Of a DNA stretch of 64,000 nucleotides, positions 40,381-51,722 are shown one piece after another. The notes under the pieces are model-generated. The model was not told the origin of the DNA. It was given only the letters and a program-made list of their open reading frames with translations, and did no database searches. The position numbers and the translations under genes are program-made. The stretch's first letter is position 1, and each line of letters begins with the position of its first letter. Origin of the DNA: Prorocentrum cordatum (taxonomy: Eukaryota); assembly GCA_963575745.1 (NCBI GenBank), contig CAUYUJ010000054.1:1-64000 (forward strand). Direction: 5' to 3'.

Positions 40381-43300
40381 GAAAGGGAAGGACAGAGACG
40401 ACGAGTACAAAGAATGACGGAGATGACGGCTCGAACGGAAAAGCCCCTCACACACGCCGACAGGGTCGGCGGATTTCTGGGGGGACCTTAAGCCGCCCCC
40501 CCCCCCAACAAAAAAAAACACGCACGCGAAAGTCAGCCAGCCTAGACTCCCAAGGAGGGGTCATGCGCATTTTTTTGGTTGAGACGACCGCCCAGGGGCT
40601 TCGGTGTCGGATTTGTTTTCGGCATTCCCCCATGGACACCCAGGCCCCCTGGATGAAGCGGCCACGCACGGCGAAAAATGCGCAGGGTTACCACGCCTCC
40701 CGCCTCCCCCACTTGCAAGTCTTCCGTGGGGTCGCATTTTGCGAGAGGTGTGGTGGCGTAGGAAATGCAAAAGCAGCGAGGCTGCGCTCGCAGTGCGAGG
40801 CCCCCACCAGCACGGGCCGACGCGCTAAGGAGAGATTGTTGAAAGGGCAACTCCCCCAGGGTGTTTTGTGTTGGCCCTCCCCCCATTGACGCGCTCTCAC
40901 CATAGGTTTGCGCCAGAGCCGTCGGGGCTTCCCACGAGAGGATCTGGAGGTAGATGCCAGGCAGGGCCCACGGCGCGCGTGGAGCCTCCCTCGCATGCTG
41001 GCAACATGGCAACATGGAGTAGGAGGAACGGGCCGCGCGGCCCAGGGCGCGGCCCCTCTGTGCCGCGATTGGCTCCGTCTGTCCTTCGGTGCAGCCCGCC
41101 CGCGACTCGGCTCCGAGGCGCCGCCGACCACGAAGAGTGGGCCCAGGAACGCGGCCCCCGCGCGCAGGCGGTTCTGCGGGGGACACACAGACACACAGAC
41201 ACACAGGCACACAAACACACGAACGCACGCACGCACGCACGCACACGGTTCTGCGGGGCGGATAGAAGAGGGAGATGGGGAGGAGCATGTCTAACAATAG
41301 TGCTACTCGTAGCAATCATAATGCTGTTCATAGGAAGCTGAAGTTAATAATAGTAAGAAGACAGGTCCGAATGACATGCTGAGGCCCTCAGAGGTCCCCC
41401 TGTCCCGATTCCGAGAAGTTCAGCATATCCGGCGACGGGTTCCAAACTGGCGCCTTCGCGTGGGACTTTAGAAGACTGGCTCTCCGAGCCTCCCTAAGGA
41501 GTCCCTCAGAGGCCCCCCTGTTCCGTTTTCGGGAAGTTTGGAACATCCTCCGACGAATTCCGAGCTGGCGCCTTCGCGTGGGACATCCTCCAAAAACTGG
41601 CCCTCCCAAGCCTTCCCAAAGAGGTTTTCGGACGCGCGCTGGGTCGCGCCGGGGCGCACCAGGCGTGTCCCAGTCCAGGGGTTTCGCTGGAGACATCCTC
41701 CCAAAGTCGATCTCCTCGCGCAAGAAAGTCAGGACCCGCAGCGCCCTTAGGGACCCTTTCCGGGGATCTGCCGGCGCGCGCTGGGGCGCGCCAGGGCGCA
41801 CCGGGCGTGTCCCAGTCGGGGGATCTCGCTCGAGACATCCTCCCGGAGTCGACCCCCGGCGCGCGAGAAAGTCAGTCCCCACCGCGCCCCCAGGGACCAT
41901 TGCCGAGGATCTGCCGGCACAGGCATGGGCGCAGTGGGCGTGTCCCACTCCGAGGCCCTGGCCCGAGACATCCTCGCAGAAGCCAACCCGGGCGTGCCCC
42001 AATCTGGGGCTCCCGCTCGAGACACCATCGCAAAGTCGCCAAATGCCCCCCGAAGGAGGGGAGGGAGGAGGGGAGGAAGAGAAGGAGGAGGAGGAGGATG
42101 AAGAGGAGGAGGATAGAGGAGGGACGAGAAGTATGAGGAGGAGGAGGAGAAGGAAGGAGGAGGAGAAGACGAAAACGAAGAAAACGAGTAATAGTCGAAC
42201 TCATTATAGCGATCCTACTAGAACCAATACGGTTGTTAATCGTAATAATAATGCAAAGACGAATAACCATATTACTAATACGAAATCATCGAATCCGATA
42301 AACACTAATGATGTGATGACAAGAGCGACGTGTTGGGTATGTATTATTATTGTAGTTTTTATTGTTATTTTATAGTTGTGTATTATAAGTCTGGTCGTTG
42401 TTCGTGAGCTCGTGAGAAGAATACCAGGGCTAGTCATGATATTACGAGTAGTCAGAGAAATCCTAATATTCCTACTCGTAATATGAAGAATACACATAAC
42501 AGGCATACTCATCATACCAATACCAGTAAGCCTAATACTCATAAAAGTAGTAGTCTCAACAACAGTACTCATACTAGTAGTACTGGTGCGAATATTGCCA
42601 TTATTATAATAGCATATATTATGCTATAGCATGATACACTGTAGTAGCAGATGCTAGAACATACGATAACAGAGTATACTATAATATAGGTCTTAACAAT
42701 ATTACCACAATTGTAACCATCATCATCCATCATACCAACAAGTATTGGTATCAATAATCGTATTACCAGTACTACTAGTAATACTATTTTCAAACATATG
42801 TTTATGATTGTTATTTGTATTCTGGTTATTACTATTCTTGTCATTACCACTGACAATGACAATACGAAGAGTACGAACATTACCCATACAAGTAGGAATA
42901 TTAATACTAATACTTTCAATCGTATCAAGAATACTATTTTTAGTAATGCAGACAGCAACAGGAGAAGGAGGAGGAGGAGGAGGAGGAGGAGACGGAGGAG
43001 GAGGCGGAGGAGGATGCGGAGGAGGAGGAGGAGGAGGAGGAGGAAAAGGAGGAGGAGGAGGAACAGTAGGAGAGGAAGACCATGAAGACCAGGAGGATAA
43101 GCCTCTTGAGGGCTCTCTTGGGGTCTCCTGGAGGCCTCCTGGGGGCCTCTTGGGGCCTCTCGGGAGCCTCTCGACAGCGTCTCCTCCCGGCTCTTCCCCG
43201 CCCCTCTCTCCCTGTTCCTCCTCCGCCGCTCTCCGACCCTGGTCGGTGCCTCCGCTCCTCTCCGCCGAGCCCCCGCCCGCCCCTCCGGCCCCCTGCCGGC

Positions 43301-43446
43301 GGCCTCCCCCCCCCCCCAAGCCGCCCCGTGGCCGGGCGGCCGAGGCCGGGGCCTCCCGGCCGTCGGGCGCCCTCCCCGCGGTCTCTGCCCTGCCGCCCTC
43401 CTCGCCGGCCGCGGCCGCCGCCCGCCCTCCCGGGCGGCCCCCGGAG

Positions 43447-43549
43447 GGTGCTCTGCCAAGAGCTGGTCGACACCTTCACCGACGGGAAGGTGCCGCACTG
43501 GCTGGTCGGCATCGCGCTCGCGGCCGTGCGCATGTCCATCCAGAGCGAG
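43447..43549 (+). CDS. Alpha/beta hydrolase exon 5
   Basis: RVLCQELVDTFTDGKVPHWLVGIALAAVRMSIQSE. AG|G acceptor, GAG|GC donor. In frame with exon 4. Confidence 0.88.
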
Positions 43550-44088
43550 GCGCGCTCGCCAGCGGCCCCCGGGGGGGCCCTCGGGGCCCCCGCGGAGGCC
43601 CCTCGGAGGCCTTCGCTGGCGGATCGTGGGCTTAACTCTTCCCTCGTGTCTTCTCCCACCTCGCCCGTCCGCTTCCGCTCCATCTCCTCCCTCTCTCTCT
43701 CTCTCTCTCTCCCTCCCCATGGCCCGTGTCCCTCTCTGCCTCTGTCCTCCTCTCCCTCCCTCTCCCTCTCCCTCTCCCTCTCTCTCTAACTTCTCTCCCT
43801 CTCTCTCTCTCCCTCTCTTCCTCCCTCCCTCTCTCTCTCTCTCTCCTTCCTCGTGGCCAGTGCTCCTTTTTTTTTTTTCTCTCTCTCCCTCTCCCTCTCT
43901 CTCTCTCTGCAGCCTTACGTAGTCCATCGCGACCCTCACCTCCACCGCCCGCCCACCGTCCGACGGGCTCGTTCGACGACGCCGGCCCGACCGACGACCC
44001 TCCGCCTCGAGCAGCCGCCCGCCGTCCGGCTCCGACGACGACCCTCCGCCTCGGCCGCCTCCGAAGGGCTTCCTGTGAGGGTCAGCAC

Positions 44089-44252
44089 TCAGGAGGGGAA
44101 AAAACACACAGACACAATGAATCGTCGATCCCCAGGAAAATATGGGATGATATGGGAAGTGGGGGGGAAGGCAAAAACCTGGAAAATATGGGAAACATAA
44201 TGGGAATCCTCTTATTTGTGTGTACTTATTTGTGTGCTTCAGGGCCCCTTCA
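44089..44252. mobile_element. About 163-bp SINE-like element, copy 3
   Basis: Same family. 18-bp flanking duplication TCCTGTGAGGGTCAGCAC/TTCTGTGAGGGTCAACAC. Confidence 0.87.
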
Positions 44253-44351
44253 TTCTGTGAGGGTCAACACCAATGTCGTTTGAGTCAGAAGTTTGTGTCC
44301 GGGGCCCTCCGTATGAGACATCCTCGAAAAACTCCGATTGAAGGACTGATT

Positions 44352-44540
44352 TTAAGTCGGGCCTGTCCCCCTGCAGGGGGATTTTCGACGAAAAATAATC
44401 AATACCCCCAAAATAGTCAAAAAATAGTCCAAAAATAGTCTGGGGGGCATTTTTTGAGTATGTTTTTACCTTTCGGGGGCATTTTTTGTTAAACAATTTT
44501 TCGTCGAAAATCCCTCTGTAGGGGGACACGCCCGACATAA
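44352..44540. mobile_element. MITE with about 43-bp TIRs and 8-bp TSD (hAT-like)
   Basis: TTAAGTCGGGCCTGTCCCCCTGCAGGGGGATTTTCGACGAAAA ... TTTTCGTCGAAAATCCCTCTGTAGGGGGACACGCCCGACATAA, flanked by a perfect GACTGATT on both sides. Confidence 0.9.
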
Positions 44541-44544
44541 GACT

Positions 44545-45245
44545 GATTGGTTGGTGGCTTGGTTGGCTGAATGACTCGTATAGTGCCAGATCAAGCAAGT
44601 GGTATTTGTGAGGTTGCTTTGCTGGATGGCGGTTGGGCTGGTTGGTTGTCTGATCGGCTGCTTGACCCGGTCTCAGTCTGCCTGGGAATGGTTGGCCGAT
44701 GGGTCGGTTGGCTGGCTCGCCAGATGCCGGGTCACACTTTTTTTTTGCTGGGAGCGGTTGGTTGGTTGCTCGATTTTTTGGCTGGTTGGCTGGTGGAGTC
44801 GTTGGCTGCTCCGTTGGCTGGGTGGCCGGGTGGCTGGTTGCCCGCTTGTGCCCGGGTGGTCGGCCGGTTCTTCCCGCCACTCCCCTTGCCATTCTCCTCC
44901 TTCCTTCCTTCTCACTCCTCTTCCTGTACCTTCCTCCCTTCTGCTCCTCCTCCTCCTCCTCCTCCTCCTCCTCCTCCTCCTCTCCCGCAACGTGCTTTCG
45001 CTGCAATGCAGTGTATTGCAACTGCAACGCACATGCAACGCAGTGCAACGCAATGCAACGCAACAGGATGCAATGCAATGCAATGCAACGCAACGCAACG
45101 CAACGCAACGCAAATGAAAAGCAACGCAACGCAATGCAACGCAATGCAATGTGACAGGATGCAGTGCAATGCAGCGCAGCACAATGCAATGCAGCGCAAT
45201 TCAATGCAAAACAGCGCACTGCAACGCATTGCAGTGCTGCAATGC
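44545..45245. repeat. (TGGY)n, (CCT)n and (TGCAA/CGCAA)n simple repeats
   Basis: Direct reading. Confidence 0.9.
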
Positions 45246-45249
45246 ACGT

Positions 45250-48200
45250 GCGCCTCGTCCCGCGGCACCGCCGCGGGGCCACGCCTTGGCGGGCGACGAG
45301 TTTGAGGGAGCTTCCATCTCTTGGCTCGTGCGGAGGGAGGGAGGCACGGGGCAGGGCGCTGGGGCACCCGGGCCCCGTTGGCGCGGCAGCCTCTCCGGCC
45401 CGCCAGAGGGCTGCCCTCGGGACCCCGGGGGGGGGGGGGGGGGGCGCCCCGCCCGGGGGCGACCCCGGCGGGGCGCGGGCCCCGCACGCTGCCGCCGACC
45501 GCCGGGCGTCGGTCGGCGCCGCGGCCGGGCCCCGCGCGGTCGGCTCCCCCTCCGAGCGGCTCCGCCGCCCTGGGCGCGGGGCCGCGGGCCGCGACCTCGA
45601 GCGGGGAGCCCTCGTCGCCTCCCGGCTCCCCGCCGTTCCCTCGCCCTGCGGCGCGGCGAGGGAGGCGGCCCCAGCTCGCCGGCTGCCCGCTGCGTGCACT
45701 TCGGGCGGGTGGAGCGGGTGCGCCGCGGGGAGCTGCAGAGCTGCCGGGGCCGCGGGATATGCCGCCCAAGCGCGGCCGTGGCGGCGGAGGAGCGGCGGCT
45801 GCCCGTGGCTGCGGACGCGGGGGAGGAGCTGGCTGTGTCGGCGCGCGATGGACGCGCGGCCGCCCCAGGAGGGGCCCCCGTCTTTGGCGCTGCCCTGCTC
45901 GTGGCCGCTGGCGGCCACGCGCTGGTGCTGGGCGGTGCCGCCTCTGCGCCCGCGGGCCGAGGGCGAGGAGGCCGCGGAGGCGCTGGGCTCCACCAAGCCG
46001 TGGTCGCGGCCGCGCAGGCCGGCGGTGGCGACATTCGCGATGTGGCGGCCAGGCTCGGTCAGATGGCCCGCGGGCTCGGCGTGGGCCTGGACGACGGGCG
46101 CATCAGGGCCGCGGTCCAGGGCATGCAGGCCAGGGGTCTCGCAGCGTCCAGAAGCCCCTGTGCAGATGGGGCTGGGGGCGCAGTTCGCCGGGGCGCTTGC
46201 AGGAGGAGCAGGTGTTGCGGTTGCTGGACCTGCTGGGCTCGGCGTGCCTGTGCTTCCTGCAGGACTGGCCGCCGTGGCCACTCCTGTGCCTGGCATGCCC
46301 CTTGGCGCGGGCGGCCTTCTGAGGCCGCTGGTCCCACGGCCGTGGGCGGCCCGTGGCTCGGGAAGGGCCTGGGGCTGTACCTCACGCAGCAGCTGGGCCT
46401 CCTCGCTGGCTCGATCCTGGAGGTCCGGACCCGCGATGAGCTGGGGGCTGTGAGCGGCTCGGCGCTGCTGCGGCTCGGCATGCTGTGGGCGCCAGACGCG
46501 ATGGGGACGTGCGCGACGGCGGCCTTCGGCGGTGCGTCCTCTCCATTCTGCGACTTGCAGTTCGAGGAGGCGTGGGGCGCGCCGACGGGCGCGCCGTTTG
46601 TGAACCTCTGCGCTGGCGCCCGCGAGCAGTACAACGCCTCTGCTGGAACTCGCGCCGTGCACCGTGTGGACGTAGCCCGCTCGCGCAGCCCGCTGCTCCT
46701 CTCCGAGCCGCGGGCGCAACTGCAGGTGCTGGTCGGCGTGCCCGACTCGCCGGGGGCGCTGGGCGACCTCGCGGCTGGCCCGCGTGAGAGGGCAGTGCTG
46801 GCCCAGAATGTTGAGGAGTTCGAGAAGGCTCTCAAGCGAGAGCAGGAAGGGCGCGCCGACTCCTTCGGCGCCGTGGTCAGGAGGGCGCGTGGCAGAGCAG
46901 AGCCCTCACTCGGCGCGCAGCAGGCCGACACCGAGTCGCTTTTTCGCGACGCCCCCTCTGGCTCAGCGGCCCACCGCATCCAGCAGGCAGCCCGCCTTCG
47001 CCCCGGTGCCCTGCTCGAGTCGGGCCTGAGCGAGATGCCCCGTCTCCTCGGGGAGCGGGAGGGGGCGGGCTCTTCGCCTGCCAGGGTATTGGTCTATCTC
47101 AACAGCATCGTCTTCGGCCATCATCAGCAGAGCGGCGTCTCCCAGCGTGCCGTCGAAGAGATGAGGGCGATCGCGCGCGCGATCGACGGTTTGCTCGAGG
47201 GGGGCTGCCCGAGGTAGGCGACCTCTTGATCCAGAGGTGAAGGCGCCGGGGATGAGCGTGCGCGACAAGGGCTGGGCCGCGGCCGGCCAGCTGGAACTCG
47301 CGAGCGACTGGCCCGCCCTGGTGGGTCCCGGGGGGCGCCAAACAGCGGCGGGCCGCGCCGTGCTCGCTGCGCGGCCCCAGGGGGCGATGGCTCGGGGCCG
47401 CGGGGGTGCCGCCGCGGGCTGGGGGCCCCGCAGGGGTGAGGAGCGACGAGCCGCCCCTTCCCCCGGGAGACCCTCGCCCGCTCGCGCCACCGTGCGCGCG
47501 GGCAGCTCCGCGGGCCCGCAGGCAGGCGTCGCTCCGCCCAGCGGCCCCCGAGACCTCTCGGGAGCTCGCCGTCGCGCCGAGGCCGAGCGGCTGCAGGGGG
47601 CGGAGCGCGCCCGCGGAGCAGCTCCAGGCTCGCCTCGAGCGCCCTCCCCGAGGCGGGCAGCCCCCTCGGCGCCGGGGGCGCCCTTCGCGCCCGAGGTCGA
47701 GACAGTGGGCGCGGACCGAGAGCAGGCGCCTCGCGGGGTCAACGCCAGCCGCGTCAGGAGCGCGCAGCTGCAAGACGACGCGGACCAGGGGGCTGGCGGC
47801 GCAAGAGCAGGGGCAAGAAAGGCAAGTAGTCTCGCCCTCAGTGCCCCGCGCCTCAGCCTCGCCATGCTGGCCCCGTGCTCCTCGCGCCGTTGAGGGCCCA
47901 GAGGCGGCGCGCGCGCGGCGGCGGCTCCCGCGGCGCCCGCTTGCGAGGGCGGGGTGCGCGTTGCTGCCGTGGGGGGGGGGGGGGGGGGCCTGCGGCGGGT
48001 GCGGGTCGAGATTCCCCCTCGGGCCCGCGGGGGAGATGCCGACGAGGCTCGGCGAAGTGGCGCGTCAGCTCATTCGTCTGGGGGGCAGACCAACTTCGAG
48101 AACAGCGGGGAGGCAGCGTGACCTACTCCCCATGCCCTCCCGCGCGCCCGCGGACGACGAACTGCGTTCTTTGGGCGCCAACTTCGGCCGATGAGATGCT

Positions 48201-51030
48201 GGTCTGCAAGTAGTGGGTGCACGTCCTCATCATCGCGCTCAATCACCTCTGCGCCAGCTGCGCCGTCGACCACCAGAGGTGGCTTCACGTGGGGCCCCCC
48301 TACCCGGCTCAGCTCCGCTCGATCGGGATGCTTCGAGGGCGGCGATTTTTTTCATGCCGCGCAGCTCCGACCGCCCGACTGACCAGGGCGCTGAGCTCGC
48401 CGGGGACCGCGTGGCCTACGACGGCGAGCAGATAGGCGCGGCGGAGACTCTCTCCGCGGATCAGGCGCTGCCGGCGCCGCCGCCTCGGGGGATCGCGGCC
48501 TCTGTCGAAGCTGCCGACCTCTACGAGGGCGCAGCGCGCATGGCGCTGCTGGGCGCGGGCGCGATGCTCCTGCCCGTCCACGGATGTCTGGCGTCAGCTC
48601 GTGGAGGCACGCCGGGCCAGAGGCTTCGTGGATCCCATCTCGCTACAGGACGTCCTGCGCGTCGAGGGGGGGCCTGTCTTGCGCGGGGCCTTCGGCGCGC
48701 GCGATGGGGCGAAGGGGGCAATCGCGCTCATGGGCGGATCGCTCGGCCACGTCCTTCGGCGCATCATGGGCCTCGCCCCGTCGAACATCACGCGGCGCGT
48801 TGTCGGAGGAGACATTGGCCAGCTGCCGCTGTCAGTGCTCTTGGCGCGTGAGCTGATGCCTCGGGCTCCCTCCGACCGCCATTGTTTCTTCGGCGTGTTG
48901 GGGCTGCCTCCCTGCTGGCGGAAGTTGATTGCCTTCGACGCCCTGGCCCCCGGGCACCTCGTCGGCGCGCCGCGCGCTGCCTCCGCGCGCGCGGCCAGCG
49001 CGACCGCGACCAGCGCGACCGCGGCCGCGGGCTTGGTTGGTCTCGGCGACAGGGGCGGCGCAGCACGCCCGCCGTAACTTTCTGCGGCGAGGCCGCGCCG
49101 TCTGGGCCAGCGTTCCACGGGGGAGCGAGGGGGGGCGCGACTCGCCCGCCCCATTTTCCGTTTTTGGCAGGCGAGGCCACGGCCTGGGAGGGGGGTTTAC
49201 GTTGACAACCTCGAGACTCAGGAGATCGTCGAAACCGAGGGCGCAGCAGCCCTCGAGGGGTCGGTTAGCCCCGTCCTCGAGGCAGCGCGGGCAGCCTACT
49301 CGCTCTGCGGGGGGCGCCTGGGGCCCCCGCGAGGGGCGTCTTCCGCCGGCCCGAGGCGCGAGTGCCAGGTGACAGGGTCGACGGGGAGCTGGGCCGCCAG
49401 GAGGCTCCCAAGGGCAATGTGCTGAAGCTGATCTCGTTCACCTTGTGGGTCCTGGCGCGGCCTGGCGTCGATGGAAAGCGCCGGCATATCCTCCTCGGGC
49501 GTTGGGTCAGAGTGTTTGCCCGCCGTCGCGCTGACATGGCCCGCTTTGAGAAGGTCTGGCGCTGGTTTCGTGGGCAGGCGCACAGTTGGGCGCGCCCCCG
49601 TGGCCGTCGCAGATAAGCCCCCCATTGCTGTGCTGTCATCACCCCTGAATCGCGCGGACTTCAGACTGCCGGTCTCGCCCGAGGCGTCTTGTTCCGACGC
49701 CGGCCCCGATGGGCGCAGGCGCGCGCGTCATCCGCGACTTCGCGCCCGAGGGCGAGACCGCGCTCGAGTGCGTCGGGCGGGCCCCCTGGCAGCGCAGCGA
49801 GGACGAGGTTGTCGTCGTGGGCCTCTCCGACGGCAGCGGGGGCGCGCGTGCTGCCTGGTCACTCCTCGGCCTCGAGTGCGCCTGGTGCATCCCCCCTGAG
49901 ATTGACCCCGCGGCCTTTCGAGTGGCCCGCAACGCTTGCCCCCGCGGGGGGGGGGGTCGGCGACGTCGAGGGCGTCGCGCGGTTGCTCCAGGGGCAAGTG
50001 GCTGCTCGTCATCGGCGGCCTGTCTTGCCAAGGCTTGTCTGGGCCAAACGTGGCCTGGAAAGGCCTGGTAGACCCGCGCTCTGGGCTCATCGACGAGGGG
50101 GTGCGTGTGTTGGGCGTCGTCGAGGAGCTGTTCGACTTGTGGGACTGGGCGTTCATCTCCGAGAACGTGGACTCCGCCGACAGGTGGGACGTCCACGCGG
50201 TGACCAAGCTGCTTGGCGCCAAGCCGGTGCGGTTGCGTGCGAGCCAGGGCTTCCGCCCGCGCCGCCCGCGCCTGCATCGGCGCTCCTTCGAGCTCAGCAC
50301 CGAGGCTTGAGAGGCGCTCGTGGAGACGGAGTGCTGGCGGCATGTCAAGTTGGATGCGGGGCCCAGCCCGTCCCCCAGGTGGCTGCGGCCGCCCGGCCGC
50401 CGGCGGCGGCGCGCCGTAAGCGGCGGAAAGGGGCATCGCCGTAGGCCAGCGGGCATCAGACAGTGCGACGTTTGGAGGGAGCGATGATTCGAAATGGTCG
50501 GAAGGAGGGGGGGGGGCGGGGAGGGAGGAGGGCGAGTGGCCGGGCGGAGACAAGAAGCCGAGGAAAGGCGGCGGGGGCCGATGAGGGGCGTGAGCGGGTG
50601 ACGCGGCAAGGGCGGGCGGCGGGTCGCGGGTCGGAGGGGGATCGTCTGGCGGGGCGGGGGGGGGGGCGTGGCAGAATTTGGCAATCGGTCGTGCTCGCGG
50701 AGGGCGTGGGGCGCGCCCAGTTTCGGTTGTTGTCGTGGCGTGGGTGTAGACGAATGCGGTCGTCGGTTGTGACCCCTGCAGAGGTTTGTGGAAACTGTGT
50801 TGAGTGCGGCGCGCGCCTAGTGGCAGCGGTGGCGTGGTGAAGGTTTTGGAAACGGTGGCCATATGTGTCCTGTTACAGCTGGAAACAGACTTCACGGCTT
50901 TGGTTGAGAGTGTGGGGTGCGTCGAATTCATGCTAGAACACACGCAGTGTTCGTTTGTTCGCCCGTGTCTTCAGACGATCGCATGTTGCAATCGTCCGAA
51001 AAGTGGCATGTGTCTGCTTGAGGCTTGATC
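45250..51030 (+). mobile_element. Second decayed DIRS-like retrotransposon (gag-like ORF, RT/RNase H remnants, DNMT); ends uncertain, no YR domain recognised
   Basis: Long gag-like frame to 47217 (EMRAIARAIDGLLEG..*.DLLIQR*KA..WAAAGQLEL). RDLLPMP and IALNHL near 48110-48250. RNase H-like LNRADFRLPVSPEASCSDAG near 49645-49705. Confidence 0.68.
49805..50280 (+). pseudogene. C5-cytosine methyltransferase domain (frameshifted) inside element 2
   Basis: VVVGLSDGSGG (motif I), EIDPAA (motif II), IGGLSCQGLSGPN..GL.DPRSGL (motif IV), FISENV (motif VI), RRPRLH (motif VIII). Confidence 0.8.
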
Positions 51031-51580
51031 CATCCTGCATCTGCCGCGCGATCCGCACCCGCGTGGATTGTCCATTGCCCGTGTGACTTCGACTGCCGGA
51101 AGGGGAGCAGTCTGCTACGCTGGCATATTTCACCGTTCTGACCCGCTCAACGAGCCTAGCTGCTACTGCGCCCTGGGCAAGTGCCCCTCCAACCCGAAGT
51201 CTGTGCTGGGCCTGGGTTGTTGGTAGTGCCCGACCACGTTTCCAGGGCACATCGATTCACTCGCAGGGCAGGCACCGCCAGGAGGGCAGCAGAGTGTCCA
51301 GCCCATGCCTGTCAACGGTGCCGTCCAAGGGGGCCCAGCGTGCTGCGCAGGAGGCGCATGTGCTCTGTTCGCACGCCGAGATGCAGGCTCCGAGTCTGTG
51401 TTAGATGGCGATTTCGTAGTCGTCGCGTGCCTGAGGTGTTGCTCAGGCCACGTTGCTGGTCGGAGGCCGACCTTGTCAGTGTCTCCGCGGGCCCAGGCTC
51501 GTGTGTGTGGCTCCGCCTGGGCGCGCCGAGCCGCTCAGTCCACTCGGCGTGCCTCGCGCCGTCTTGTTTGGTGGCACGTG

Positions 51581-51619
<39 letters not shown>

Positions 51620-51682
51620 CGTCGTCGTCGTTGTCGTCGTTGTGGTCGTCGTTGTCGTCGTCGTCATCGTCGTCGTCGTCGT

Positions 51683-51722
<40 letters not shown>

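Larger units (their letters stand above)
33947..40520 (+). mobile_element. Decayed non-LTR retrotransposon (LINE: ORF1, APE endonuclease, RT, RNase H)
   Basis: ORF1 from ATG 34080 with CxxC..CxxC (CDTC..CARC). APE motifs SANITTW, VCVLTETHL, LLDYFI (about 35100-35700). RT-like SIPRGCAQSTS, TWVDDL, RDLGLD (about 36740-37830). CxxxxEDELHRFWTCP (about 38450). RNase H QTINRGEL, LDSNYV, TKSH (about 38715-39140). 3' hairpin and A-run near 40450-40520. Many frameshifts and stops. Confidence 0.88.

Noticed and set aside
44239..46719. 826-aa minus-strand ORF and similar long Arg/Ala/Pro/Gly-rich ORFs (13586-15034, 25279-26703, 31419-33125)
   Set aside because: They are open only because of extreme GC content or repeats. 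The recognisable motifs are short exons or decayed TE domains on the + strand.
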